This document shows positions 12,707-25,834 of a DNA stretch of 64,000 nucleotides, piece after piece. The notes below the pieces were generated by a model, which saw only the letters and a program-made list of their open reading frames with translations, ran no database searches and was not told the DNA's origin. A program made the position numbers and the translations under genes. Source of the DNA: Octopus bimaculoides (lineage: Eukaryota); contig NC_068989.1 of NCBI RefSeq assembly GCF_001194135.2, positions 15,638,968-15,702,967 on the forward strand, given 5' to 3'. Every line of letters begins with the position of its first letter. Within the stretch, counting starts at the first letter, position 1.

Positions 12707-12837
12707 TTACACTCTTCCATCGAAGCGAAAGAGGATATTAATATATGTATAACCATTGTGTTGAATGGCTGCTGCTATCATATTATTTCCATTCTTTATG
12801 TAACTCTCGAATATGCGATAAATAGAGACTTCTGACC
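12707..12837 (-). CDS. Possible terminal exon, unknown product (GSEVSIYRIF...FRFDGRV*)
   Basis: Polypyrimidine acceptor ttttattttctttttcag, 42 open codons to TAA, AATAAA about 14 nt downstream; no recognisable homology. Confidence 0.15.
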
Positions 12838-14090
12838 CTGAAAAAGAAAATAAAATGTCGACTTGACACAAAATGTCACATTGAATTACGCACTCCCAAA
12901 GTGTCACGGGCGTTCCACAATTGATTTCTTCTTTTTCTAGACCTAGAGATATGTCGGTGTTTACGAGCTTCATACAGTACACGAACTGTTGATTTACAAC
13001 TTCAAGCTTACACAGAATTGCCATTACTGTTCGAGATAGATTCAGTAGAACCAGAGATAAAATGCCTTGCGGTATTTTGTTGCGTACCTACACATTCATT
13101 TGTTCTGATCCCTCGTAAATCAATTACATTTTTCATGCTTCTAGAGTCGATAAATTTAATACTTGGACTTGATCTCTGCTACTGATCCCTCCTCTAAAAT
13201 GTGAGGCCTGTACCTATGTTAGAAATCATTATTACAATGCTACACATGGTAGATTGGAAGAGGCAGTGTAGCGCAAAGGATTAAGAAAGCGTCTGTTAAG
13301 GATTAATGCAGGAATGCATGTGTTGCAATTAATCAGAGTTCCTTGGTCAGTTCCATAAGAAAAGTAGCACAAATTTTCCAAAACATAACGGGTGCCTTAG
13401 ACACTAGCGCAACATGAAAATTTGAAGTAAATTATTAAGGAATATATAAAAGAAAACGTTATTTTGAGGTCGTCTGTAATTTACTCACTACATGACTTAA
13501 TCTGATATTCATTAGGATTCTTATCTTTCAAAATTTAAATTTTACTGCATTAGGAATTTCATTCTCGCTCTCACTAATTTTCTTCTGATTTTTGTACAAA
13601 CTCGAGTCATGCTCCAACGCGGATTTACTAGAAGTAAAATTATAACAGCAAATGTTATGTTTTTTTTAAAGCTTCGTTTTAAGCCTTCCATTTGGCGAAA
13701 GTAGATCCAGCACATTCTACCACCCTGTTTAGTTTTGGTGAAGATTACTCTTAAAACCTTCTTTCGACCATGGAAATGCTTAGCAAGGCCCTATAAAAAC
13801 TCAGTACATTTTATGAGAAATCAGACAATCTAGGTTCACCTGCTACATTTTAAGTGTTGCTATTTAGACCCAATTTCTAATAGTTCAATAGTAATTTTTT
13901 TCAAAAATATTCTTTTCTAGTAGGGTGTTTGGAAATCTGTAATACTCTGTTTGGAGAGCAGCAAAAGAGTGCCGTGTATAACTCTTGTGTGGAAACAATT
14001 TTGATCCATTGAAAGGTTGTAATATATCTAGGTTCAAAAAAGGTTAGACATAGTTTTGGTATCGCGATCCCTTATTCTTTAGGATTTTTT

Positions 14091-14440
14091 CTTTTACTTG
14101 TTTCAGTCATTTGACTGCAGCCATGCTGGAGCATCGCCTTTAGTCGAACAAATCGACCGACGCCAGGACTTATTCTTTGTAAGCCTATTACTTATTCTAT
14201 TGGTCACTTTTGCAGAACCGCTAAGTTACGGGGACATAAACACACCAACATCAGTTGTCGAGCGGTGGTGGAGGAAAAACACAGACACACAAATACACAC
14301 ACACTCAAATACACACACACACACACACACACAAGCACACACGCGCATATAGAAGACACTTGCTCAAGGTGCCACGCAGTGGGACTGAACTCGGAACCAT
14401 ATGGTTGGGAAGCAAGCCTCTTTACAAACAACCACTCCTA
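14091..14440 (-). mobile_element. SINE family A
   Basis: Reverse complement of tail (cttttacttgtttcagtcatttgactgc) to head (ggaaccatatggttgggaagcaag...accactcc); middle partly deleted. Confidence 0.8.
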
Positions 14441-14960
14441 ATGAAATTCTTCTATTCATCAATGTTTCGAATGTGTCAATTTGTATCGAGTGTCAACTAT
14501 TTTTACACGACACTCACTGCAATTCAATGCCTAAATTTGTTTCTCGATTCACATATCGAAGTTGGAAAATGTATAATATAATTCAGTGATATGTCATTTT
14601 GGAGCCGTAGAATTATTATTATTCAATTCACTCAACAAGTGGTATAAATATTAAAGTGCATTAGTTTTTATTTGAGTGCACCGCATGTAACTCCTTTGGA
14701 TAATACTTTTCACTCCTAGATGCCGTTTGAAAATGTAGCGTTTATGAATTACGAAGTCTAGGAATCCATTCTACACACCTGCTACTTTCTAACCCTCTTG
14801 TGGCAAAAAGAAATTTAACAAGCATTATTCATTCGCTTATACGAGCGCACACACACATTTACACTCACAGCACCATGGTGCTATGTCAAAAGAGAATGAC
14901 AAATGCATTTTATAAGATTAAAGTTTGGCTTATCTAATTTCATTTAAGTGAACATAGAAC

Positions 14961-15183
14961 GTAAGATTGTGGTTTCGATTCCTGGACCGGGCGACGCGTT
15001 GTGTTCTTGAACAAAACACTTCACTTCACGCTGCTCCAGTCTACTCAGCTAGCAAAAATGAGTAATGCTGTGATGGACTGGCGTCCCGTCCAGCTGGGGA
15101 ACGCATACGCCATTGAAACCGGGAAACCGGGCCCATGAGCCTGGCTAGGCTTTAAAAGGGCGCAAAAAAAAAGAGAAAAAAAA
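14961..15183 (+). mobile_element. SINE with family-C-like head remnant, Meta-like and V-domain-like core, A tail
   Basis: ggtttcgattcctggaccgggcg; gtgttcttgaacaaaacacttc...gctccagtc; gatggactggcgtcccgtccag (V-SINE-like core). Confidence 0.55.
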
Positions 15184-15265
15184 ACATAGAATTATTAACG
15201 CTGCAAAGCTTTGAAGCCTCGCCAGTTGCAATAACAAATCCTCTTCTAATATCAGTTCAAATTCT

Positions 15266-15470
15266 AAGGCGGCGAATTGGCAGAATCACGAGCAGGCAAG
15301 GCAAAATATTTAGTAGTATTTTGTCTGTCTCTACGTTCTGATTTCAAACTCTACCGAGGTCAGCTTTTCCTTTCATCGTTTCCATATGTACCAGTTGAGG
15401 ACTGGGGGTCGATGTAACCCCCTACTCCGGAATTACTGGCCTTTTGCCAAAATTTGAAATCAATATTAAT
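15266..15470 (+). mobile_element. SINE family B, diverged
   Basis: aaggcggcgaattggcagaatc...accgaggtcagcttttcctttcatc...gggggtcgatgtaac. Confidence 0.75.
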
Positions 15471-17892
15471 TATAACATCGGGTAAATAGACTGGCCGAAT
15501 CTTTAGGATACCGTGTTAACGCTAACAATAATTTATTAATAAACACCTGCAACCATTGTTATCATCAACGGCAGACCGTCAGTCTTTCAATCCTGGATTC
15601 AACCATTACAATATATTATTTATAATTATCAAAATATTTAGAGTTTAAATTAATTTTAAACAATATTGAAATTTTACAATGAATTAATGAAAGAAAATAA
15701 CAGTTGAACATATTAACATGCACATGTAATTATTTCTTGAATAATTTGCTAAGAATATGTAATTCGTAGCGTTGTAGGAGATATTGTACAATGTATTCTA
15801 CATGAAATTATCAATGATGCAATAAATTTTAATAAGTAAAATTAAGTGGAATTACACGTTATTAGCTCTTTTCAATTTCTACCTTGCTCTAATGGACTGC
15901 ATTGGTAAATTACTGAACCAAGTAATTTCATTCCAAAATAATTATAATGCCTCCGTGATATGCTTTTTTCGGAGATTTTGCGTTCATCATACAACATGAA
16001 TAGGACATGCAAACTTAATTTAAATTTTCCTTACTGTAAATTTTCAAATAAAATTAAAACGCAGTAGATTGTAGATCATTTTTTTAAAGTAAAAGCAACA
16101 TAGCCCAAATTCAAACATACATATTAGCGTGTAGGCCTAAAAGGTAGTATAACCCGATACTCTTAGTCCAATATGACACCTTTAATAATTATTAATTAAT
16201 TAGTTATTTAATTAATTAATTAAGCTATTAATTAATTAAACATTTTTGACGAAACAATCAAAACTTGGTATATCAAAAATCACAAATTGAGAATCATTGA
16301 TATATCCGCAACATATGATGCGCGGGATGCAGAAGTCTGCTTTTCATCCATCTGTTATCAAACAAGAAACTTTGAGAAAAATGTTTTTATTATTTATGGC
16401 TGATAGTTTTCTTCTGTTAAGAGCAACACTATATTTTTCGTCAAAGTTCTCAATAGCAACGCATCAAACCAAGGCAAGTATTAGTAGATACAACTCTAAG
16501 AAAACCGTACCATTAAATGACATGTGAAAAAAACTAGTGTGGTTTTGAAAGTGTTTATATCAGATTCCGAGATGTTAAAAGTGAGAGAGATAGGTTAGTA
16601 GCTAAAAGAGTTATCTGACGTTGGTCATTGAAATAATTGTGTCTCAGAAGGAATAAAATTCGTGGTTCGTAAGTTGTCAGGATGTGGGGCGCGGGACATT
16701 GAAACAAAACAAAACGAGGCTCCAAGGAAAATAACAAGAAGTAGAGAATGTGTTCTTATAAGTGACCTAGTTGGGCAGCTTATGTGGTTGTGTGTAGATG
16801 GTAGTTCGAAAGAATGAATGTGCGTATCTTTAGCCATTATGAGACGAGTAGCAGTCTCGGTTGTTTAAACCAGCCGATAGTCATTAGCGTCTTGTGTGAT
16901 GTATGTCAATGTATGGTTCCCTCTTGTCTCTCATTAATCTCTCCATCTTTCTCTGTTACTGTGTCACTGTCTGTCTGTCATTCGCTCCTGTCTTTTTATA
17001 TTACCAAAGTTATATATTAGTAATCAATCAAATTTTGTCTGATTACTTTCTAACATTTGATTTATCAGTATTTTTTCCGGCATCAGTTACAGAAATTGAT
17101 GTGAAGTTGTTGGGTGTCATTGGTTAGTTTCTTTGTTTTTTTTTATGGCGTCATCACTCAATTTGAAAGTTCCAATTTACCTTTTCGAAAACTTTTTTTT
17201 GGGGGTGGGGAGAGAAAACTGTCCATGTTCAAATTGATGCATAAACCTCCTACTTACCTAACCATTTAAAAATTAAAGACTTCTGAAGCCTCACCCCATC
17301 CCAACCAACCACTAAGTTCAACCAGATTATTCTGTAAATAATGTAACAAAAGTAAACAATGTATAAAATGTGAGATGTTTGCAACAAATGATGTTTTTCA
17401 GTCAAAATGTTGACTTCAGTTTTGGCAATAAATGAACAAAGCCAAAACTAACGTCATTTAAAAGAACAAAAAAAAAAAAAAAAAAAAAAGACTTGGCTAT
17501 TTCCGACATTCAGTAAGCAAGTAAAACAATAGCAAAACAACTGCTTCGATGCCAACCACAAAGTTGGCAAGATTCAGTAAGTCTAAGAAAGAAAATGAAA
17601 TAAATAAAATGACCCTTGTATGTTTTTATACTCCAGAGCTTTCGATATTCATTGAATATTTCAGTTTGTATTTATCGCAACAACTGCTGTTATGAACTCT
17701 GTAGGCTCTGTTTAATATATTGAGTTCTCTGATAAATTGGTTCATTTCTTTCCAATGCTATTTCAATTAACACGAAAGATATTCTTATCGTTGTGTTTAC
17801 TTTGATTTTTGTTATTCTATTCTTATTCTACATCGTCCGTTTAATCGTTTTTGAAATTTGAATAAACTTTGTCTCTTTTCGGACAAATGTTG

Positions 17893-18345
17893 ATGGAGTA
17901 CCAAGTAGAATTATGAGCATTTTCAATTCCTTTTCTCGCATTCAATCATGTTTCCAAAGCTGACAAAGTTGCTCAAAATATTGGTGCTGTGTAAGAAGTT
18001 GTTATTACGGAAAGAAATGGTTTTCACGCTTCGAAGTGGAGAAATTCGAACTCAGAGACTTACCGCGTTGAGGCCGACATGTTCAATTCAATGAGAATCA
18101 ATTTAACAAGGTTCTGCACCAATCTACAAGGGAATTGGCCCAGCAGATGGTATGCTCTCAAGATACCATCGCTTATCCCCTTCACCCCATGGGTAGGGTC
18201 CAAATACTTGGTGCATGGGTGCCACACACTCTGAACAAAAAACAAAGTCTAACGCTCCTCTGTCACCTATAGTTTGCTCATTCAACTCCTGGTTATTCGT
18301 AAATAAAATTCTTTACCGCGTCATTTCCGGCAATAAAAGGCAGGT
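17893..18345 (+). pseudogene. Mariner transposase N-terminal remnant
   Basis: Translates, with stops and frameshifts, WFSRFE..LPR*GRHVQFNENQ..STRELAQQM..LGAWVPHTL..ILYRVISGN, matching the mariner HTH, WVPHEL and RIVTGDE motifs. Confidence 0.75.
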
Positions 18346-18703
18346 GGAACGTTGGCAAGAATTCGTGAACACTGAAAGAGAATATAGATTATTCATTGAT
18401 TTCTTAAGATTGTTGATGAAAAGGTCGGTCCACTCCAACAAGCCTTCGAGGCTTTTTGTTCAAAACGTAGTTCGATGAGGATTAAAGTTTAAAGAAAAGA
18501 AAACGAACGAATTTATCTGACAACCCAAGAGAACCATTTTTGAAATATTTAACATTTATGAAGGTTAACTGGAAGTGTCTCGTGTTTCTGGACAAATGCA
18601 TCATTGTTACCAAATTTTTTAGTAATAGAAAGATTGTCATTCAAAATAAAGATTCAAGTATAGTTTCATTGTTACTGGTACTGCATCAATATCATCATCA
18701 TCA

Positions 18704-18738
<35 letters not shown>

Positions 18739-18834
18739 GACGGATCCGTCTATCGGCCGAGTCTGTAGTTATGATTGTCCCGCCGCCCTCTTTCAATCAC
18801 GCACCAAGGCAGTTTTCCTTTGCCTTCCGTTACC

Positions 18835-18985
18835 GGCATTTTGTCTGTCTCTACGTTCTGGGTTCAAATTCCACCGAGGTCAACCTTGCCTTTCATCCTT
18901 TCAGGGTCGATAAAATAAGTACCAGTTGAGTACTGAAGTCGATGTAATCGACTTATTGCCATCCCCGAAATGGCTGTTCATACTT
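18835..18985 (+). mobile_element. SINE family B lacking its head
   Basis: gcattttgtctgtctctacgttctgggttcaaattccaccgaggtc...gatgtaatcgac. Confidence 0.8.
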
Positions 18986-19064
18986 CAAATTCCACTGTTA
19001 TAGCATTTTTGTTTCCTGTATAGTTTTGTAGAGAATAAACAATATATATTTTATTTATTGAATT

Positions 19065-19200
19065 GAAAATCAAGTCACTGTATTAAAGTGAATAAAAAAT
19101 TGTACATCTTATACATGGAAATTGGAGTCAGGTCACTATATTAAATTGAATAAAAATTGTATATTCTATGTATGGAAATTTGAGTCAAGTCACTATATTG
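19065..19200 (+). repeat. About 60-bp tandem repeat (about 2.3 units)
   Basis: agtcac(t)gtattaaagtgaataaaaaattgta...atggaaatt repeated. Confidence 0.7.
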
Positions 19201-19312
19201 AAGAAACATTCAATCATTTTCATATCGGTGACCCTTCGTTATAACCCGAAAATGCAATTTTCTGCTATGGTAACTCCTCGAAAATTTTCATAGTTTAATA
19301 TTAATATCACGG

Positions 19313-19735
19313 AAAGCAGGAAGCTAGCAGAATTGTTAGCACGCCGGGCAAAATGCTTAGCAGTATTTCGTCTGTCTTTACGTTCTGAGTTCAAATTCCG
19401 CCGAGGTCGACTTTGCCTTTCATCCTTTCGGGGTCGATAAATTAAATACCAGTTGCATACTGGGGTCGATGCAATAGACTTGCTCCCTCCCCAAAATTTT
19501 CGGGCCTTGTACCTAGAGTAGAAAAGAATCGTTAGCACGCCGGGCAAAATGCTTAGCGGCATTTCGTCCGTCTTTAGGTTCGGAGTTCAGATTCCGCCAA
19601 TGTCGCTATAGCCTTTGATCCTTTCGCGACCAATTAAATAAGTTGGATGCTGGGATCGATGCTGGGATCGATGCAATATACTTTTCTTCTCCCTCACAAT
19701 TGCTGCCCTGGTGCCAAAATTTGAAGCCAATATTA
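19313..19735 (+). mobile_element. Head-to-tail pair of SINE family B units
   Basis: Second unit starts at aatcgttagcacg directly after the first tail gtagaaaag. Confidence 0.85.
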
Positions 19736-19795
19736 CTGACACTAAATTAGAATTCTACACTGCTGATTTAACAGTTAATGGAACATATAGCGACA

Positions 19796-20027
19796 AGGTG
19801 GCTAGCTGGCACAAACGTTAGCACGCCGGGCGAAATGCTTAGCGGTATTTCGTCTGCGCTACGTTCTGAGTTCAAATTCCACCGAGGTCGACTTTGCATT
19901 TCATCCTTTCGGAGTCGATAAATCAAGTACCAGTTACGCACTGGGGTCAATGTAATCGACTTAATCCGTTTGTCTGTGCTTGTTTGTCCCCTCTGTGTGT
20001 AGCCCCTTGTGGGCAATAAAGAAATAA
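19796..20027 (+). mobile_element. SINE family B, long-tail type, with 16-bp TSD
   Basis: TSD ggaacatatagcgaca at 19780-19795 and 20028-20043. Confidence 0.9.
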
Positions 20028-21568
20028 GGAACATATAGCGACATTGTGCCTAAAGTAGAAAAATAAATAAGTATCAGTAGAGCACTGGGGTCGATGTAAT
20101 CAACTATCCCCTTCCTCTAAGATTTCAGACCTTGTGCATATTGTAGAAAGGAACATTATGTAATGGGTTAAAGGGGAAACAAAATTTTGCTCCTTTTTTA
20201 CCCCTTCATATTTTTCTCTCGCTTTATTTAATTAATTAAAATTAATTTTTTTATTATTCCGCGCAGAGCGACGGTTTCTGTGTACGGTACGCAACACGAG
20301 TACGTCCGATTACTGCACATTCTGAACGCGAAGCATGAAGTGGTTCATACAGAAAAGAGAGGCGAGAATGTGGTAGGCAGGTAGAAAAAAGTGGTTGGGA
20401 GTATGGGGAGTATGCCTGTTACTGGAAGATATGGCAGAAGCAATCAGAAATTCCGCTGAGAGATAAAATATGAGACAGCATAATTCCGTTTAAACAGTGT
20501 ACAAATAAACAATATACTTTAAACATTTATATGCTGAACCTTTAATATTTCATATATAATTATACGTATTTCAATGCATACTCACGTAAATGGGTGTATA
20601 TATCTACTAATCTATTTATCTGTCCTTTTTAAAACCAATCCCTTTCTCTTTCAAATAAACTATTTATCATTCTTTTCTCATATACTCAAACGTGCGCATG
20701 AGATTATTCATATATGAGAAATGACTGCATTTATGTATTTCTATTTATCTGTGTATCTATATGTATATATGTTCTAGTCTGTTTTTAATTATTTGAACTC
20801 TTCCTGTGAGAAAAGAGTTAGTTTCTTACAAAGACAAAGCTCCGTCGTTGGAATGTAGATAACAAACACAAATTCGTATTTTAAACTTGAGAAGAGTCTT
20901 GCATATTTTTACTGTTTCACTTACGGATTAAGTAGTTGTAATTTTTCTTGAAAACCCTAGCTTATCCAGGGTGACATTTAGGCATTTACTCACAAAATCA
21001 AGTGTGGCAATTGTTATTGGAATAGATATGAATTTATAACCTGGATAGAAAAGTTGGAGGTTTCGAGGCAGTTGTCTGTAGTTATTTTCTTTCTATATTA
21101 TTTTCAGAGAGACATTCACTTCAGCTGGTCAGTTGACAACTGTGACGGTGTATCCATTTTATGTACCGTCATATTGACTTATAGGTATGTGTGGATGTTT
21201 TCGCCTACGAATGTATATGCGCGCGCTCACGCACACACACACACACACACACATTCACACACACACACACACACGCAAGAAACCGCGATACCCAGAACAG
21301 CCATGGAGTAAAGTTGCAGTTTCCCATCTATTACATGTATCTGATAAAATATTGTAAGCTGATTATTTCTCAGAAGATTAACCTTATCTTAGGAGATGAC
21401 ATTTTCCCTCATACTCACATCTATACACTTATTTCGGTATTTATCCTCTTATTTGATTCCCAAAGGTAAGATTATTAAACTTTAAAATGCTTTGTGTACA
21501 ATTGATCTCGTGCATGTAAACTCCAGTTATATTATGCTTGTATTAGTGTACATTCATATATACAAACA

Positions 21569-21614
<46 letters not shown>

Positions 21615-21681
21615 TGTGTGTATGTATGTATGTATGTGATGTACTCAATATACATTCCAAATTATAATTATTGGACATGAG

Positions 21682-21974
21682 TGTTGTTGTTGGCACACCG
21701 TCGCTTACGACGTCGAGGGTTCCAGTTGATCCGATCAACGGAACAGCCTGCTCGTGAAATTAACGTGCAAGTGGCTGAACACTCCACAGACACGTGTACC
21801 CTTAACGTAGTTCTCGGGGATATTCAGCCTGACACATAGTGTGACAAGGCTGGCCTCTTTGAATTACAGGCACAACAGAAACAGGAAGTAAGAGTGAGAG
21901 AAAATTGTGGTGAAAGAGTACAGCAGGGTTCGCCACCATCCCCTGCCGGAGCTTCGTGGAGCTTTAGGTGTTTT
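21682..21974 (-). mobile_element. SINE family C, 3' part (runs into gap)
   Basis: Highly similar to 30801-31080; (caa)n tail on minus strand. Confidence 0.85.
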
Positions 21975-22770
21975 NNNNNNNNNNNNNNNNNNNNNNNNNN
22001 NNNNNNNNNNNNNNNNNNNNNNNNNNNNNNNNNNNNNNNNNNNNNNNNNNNNNNNNNNNNNNNNNNNNNNNNNNNNNNNNNNNNNNNNNNNNNNNNNNNN
22101 NNNNNNNNNNNNNNNNNNNNNNNNNNNNNNNNNNNNNNNNNNNNNNNNNNNNNNNNNNNNNNNNNNNNNNNNNNNNNNNNNNNNNNNNNNNNNNNNNNNN
22201 NNNNNNNNNNNNNNNNNNNNNNNNNNNNNNNNNNNNNNNNNNNNNNNNNNNNNNNNNNNNNNNNNNNNNNNNNNNNNNNNNNNNNNNNNNNNNNNNNNNN
22301 NNNNNNNNNNNNNNNNNNNNNNNNNNNNNNNNNNNNNNNNNNNNNNNNNNNNNNNNNNNNNNNNNNNNNNNNNNNNNNNNNNNNNNNNNNNNNNNNNNNN
22401 NNNNNNNNNNNNNNNNNNNNNNNNNNNNNNNNNNNNNNNNNNNNNNNNNNNNNNNNNNNNNNNNNNNNNNNNNNNNNNNNNNNNNNNNNNNNNNNNNNNN
22501 NNNNNNNNNNNNNNNNNNNNNNNNNNNNNNNNNNNNNNNNNNNNNNNNNNNNNNNNNNNNNNNNNNNNNNNNNNNNNNNNNNNNNNNNNNNNNNNNNNNN
22601 NNNNNNNNNNNNNNNNNNNNNNNNNNNNNNNNNNNNNNNNNNNNNNNNNNNNNNNNNNNNNNNNNNNNNNNNNNNNNNNNNNNNNNNNNNNNNNNNNNNN
22701 NNNNNNNNNNNNNNNNNNNNNNNNNNNNNNNNNNNNNNNNNNNNNNNNNNNNNNNNNNNNNNNNNNNNNN

Positions 22771-22800
22771 AGGGTTAGGGTTAGGGTTAGGGTTAGGGTT
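22771..22800 (+). repeat. (TTAGGG)n telomere-type repeat, about 5 units, at gap edge
   Basis: agggttagggttagggttagggttagggtt. Confidence 0.9.
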
Positions 22801-23040
22801 AATTGTTTCAGAATCGTTTGTTTATGTAGTCGGCACTTAATATATATCGGCTGAATGGACGTCAGTGATTGGTTGAAATTACAGAAATACGACAACTTTA
22901 ACATGGAATAACTTATGGATTTCTTTTTTTTTAAAGAAGACTAAGAAAAAAAGATGTTTTATATGACACATTCTACCAGTGTTCCAAGTTTCAAAGTGTT
23001 TCGTTAATGAAAAATGTGGCCCCCGTTTTAAAAAAGATCC
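22800..23040 (+). mobile_element. Right arm of a MITE related to 40804-41517
   Basis: ctgaatggacgtcagtgattggttgaaattacagaaatacgacaactttaac resembles 41318-41370; both end in AGATCC. Confidence 0.55.
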
Positions 23041-24405
23041 CTAATGGCTAACTGCGAAAATAAAAAAAATTCTTTACCTCAAAGACTTGAGAAATAGTAA
23101 GCCCAAAGGACTACTGACACCTCAACTGTACATCTCCAGCTTACAATAGTCTTTAACAGCAGAATATCGCAGAAGATGAATAAAACTCTGAATAAGTAGT
23201 CATTACAGAAGGAATGCTGGCCAAGGCTCGTATGACCCCAGAAATCAATTTCTGTTCAACGAACTGTAAAAGGAGTCTGAAAGGCCTGGGTATTGTGTAG
23301 GTCGATATACAGAAGAACCCTGTTGGTAATGGTCTTCATACGTGAATCCTGGAAATTTCAGACGTGACTAAAATAGTACCAGTAGGGAGCAGGTACATTG
23401 TGCACGACATAAGTGAATAGTAAAGGCAAAATAGGGTAATATAAAAATTATTTAAAATCTTCATGAGAGAAAGAATGTTTGATACTAACTTCTTTCCTCT
23501 ATTTTTCTGTCACAAGATAACATCTTTAATCATCACTTTTAATTTAGACGAGACTCGGATACAAATACTATGGGAAAATTGCCAAACAACATTTGTATAT
23601 GACTGATTTAAAGTTGCCCGCTACAGATTATCAACAACTAAAAACAGCAACAAATAAAATATAGAGATTTTCTACAGAAATTGATATGAGACTCGATTTT
23701 TAAGATGCAACACCCGTGAACTGGGAAAAATTAATTAAGAAGACTAGTATCGGCATTTTAGCGCAAACAAAGAAATAGAAATGACAAAATCTAATCAGAA
23801 AAAATTAATTAAGATCACTAATGACGTGATTTTGCTGTCAATAAAGAAGCCGAGATAACAAAATTATATTTAAACACTAACTCGCATATGCATAGATATC
23901 CATAAACAAAACAAAAATAAAACTGGTTACAAAAGAATTATATGAATGCATTAGATTAATACTTAAAATAGAGTTATATCCCTACAAAATATTAGGTAGC
24001 AGGCACCAATACTCTAGCTGTCCCATTAAGAAGTTATTCTAATTTTCTCAACTGGACGTTAAACGAATTAACAAAACTTGATGGGGGAGAAAAAGACAAT
24101 ATTTAATAATTAAATTTAGAATACATTGAGAAATCTGACGTCGATTATATTAACCAGAAATACAAAGAAGTACAAACTTTAAGCAAAAAAAAAAAAATAT
24201 AAAATATCCACTATAACTGTAACTAACGATCGAAGAACTAATACAAATAACTATAAAACACGAACATAAAAAAAGGTGGGGTCTCTTTTCAGGGAAGCTA
24301 ACAGTTAGAAAATGTAGTTTCAAATGACTGGGAATTATGAGGAGGAAAAAAAGGGATATCAAAAGTAGACAAGAATAAAACGAAACTAAAAATGTGTTTC
24401 TACGG

Positions 24406-25257
24406 TACGAGGTCTGACCAATAAGTATCCGGCTTGTGGCCATAGTAACAAATCTAAAGCACGCAGAGTAAAGCCGCTTCGAACAGATTGACCTTGGACT
24501 ATATTGCACATGCGCACTCAGTTTTGACGTTCTAGCTCACTTCCGCTGTTTCCAGTAATGCTCGGAAGGAAGGTACGCAGCGTGTGATCTTCACATTGAT
24601 CATAATAGGGAAAGTTGTCATGGTGATACCTGCTCAGAGGCCTACGCAAAGTTGCAGAAAGTGTACGGAGAGGAGTGTATGAGTTGCACACAAATGTACG
24701 AGTGGTTTAGACGTTTCCAAGATGGCCGTTCTGGGAGACCCGCAACTAGCAGAACTGAGAAAAAACATCGCAGTTGTCCTTGCAGCTGTGAGAGGAAATC
24801 ATCGAAACGACATCTGTGAGTTATCAGAGGATGAGTAGATTAGTTACGGTTCAGTTCAGTCCATTACCATTGACGATTTGGGTATGAGACACGTGTCTGC
24901 CAAGTTTGTGCCAGAACTGCTTTCAGCTGACTAAAAAGACACCCGGGTTTCAGTTGCACAAGGTCTCCTTGATTGTTTCGAGAACAACGAAAACTTTTTG
25001 AAAACATGGTGTAGGACCCTGAGCAGGTATCGCCAGGTTTTTGGCCAAATTTGATGCAGATTCTCTGCTTAACTTTCTCTATCATGGTCAATGCAACGAT
25101 CACACACTACACACCTTCCTTCCAAGCACTGCTGTAAACAGCAGAAGTGAGCTAGAACGTTAACACTTAGTGCACATGCACAGCAGAGTTTACAGTCAAT
25201 CTATGCTAAGCTTCTTTACTATGACAACAGTCCGGATACCTATTGATCAGACCACTA
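24406..25257 (+). mobile_element. Fold-back mariner derivative with about 240-bp inverted arms
   Basis: TA plus TIR cgaggtctgaccaataagtatccgg at 24408; transposase remnant GDTCSEAYAKLQKVYG..EWFRRFQDGR..SGRP..VSAKFVPELL..ENFLKT; 25008-25256 is an inverted copy of the 5' end encoding MIEKVKQRICIKF on minus. Confidence 0.85.
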
Positions 25258-25767
25258 TGTCATTTCCTGACGCCTACCTGAACACCTCTGTCTATATACC
25301 TATGCATGAGCTCCTTTCTCATCCTATCCATGACTGCGCATGCATTGATTTTTTCATGGGATACAGGATTTTAGCAGTATTAGAAACAAGGGATATGATG
25401 TCGGATTACGAGCTGCAGTCACCGGCCTTATCACAGTCCCATCAACAATGCACAGCGCTCGGAAATATTAACCTGATTGCCAGTAATTATACATTCCTCT
25501 GCGGAATATATTGGACAACTCCTACGACTGCGACATGAGTAGCTCTATGGGCTTACAGGAGCGGATAGGCTTACGTAAGATATATAGATAATCTACCATG
25601 AAATTATACGCTGGCATGCGATGATGAGTAAGCACTTTTGCACAGTGGAGGAGAGCGATGTAACTAAAGAGAGTCGTTGCAGTTTGGGACGAAAAGATGG
25701 AGATATTTGTTCATGTGCATTCGAAAGGCCTTGCTGAACACATTTACATTAATATCTCCGTATGCGC

Positions 25768-25798
<31 letters not shown>

Positions 25799-25834
25799 TT
25801 CAAACGCGCGGTTGTGTGTGTGTTTTATTAGCTT

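Noticed and set aside
13700-14070. Possible LINE RT remnant on the minus strand
   Set aside because: Stops in every frame and no unambiguous motif
16270-16500. Protein-like frame KLRIIDISATYDARDAEVCF
   Set aside because: Short, multiple stops, no splice or homology support
23150-23440. Minus-strand peptide LPTGTILVT (Penelope RT-like) or an apparent Tyr-rich exon
   Set aside because: One short motif only, and the two readings conflict
25170-25538. 122-aa ORF
   Set aside because: Its 5' part is the mariner TIR; the remainder has no recognisable features
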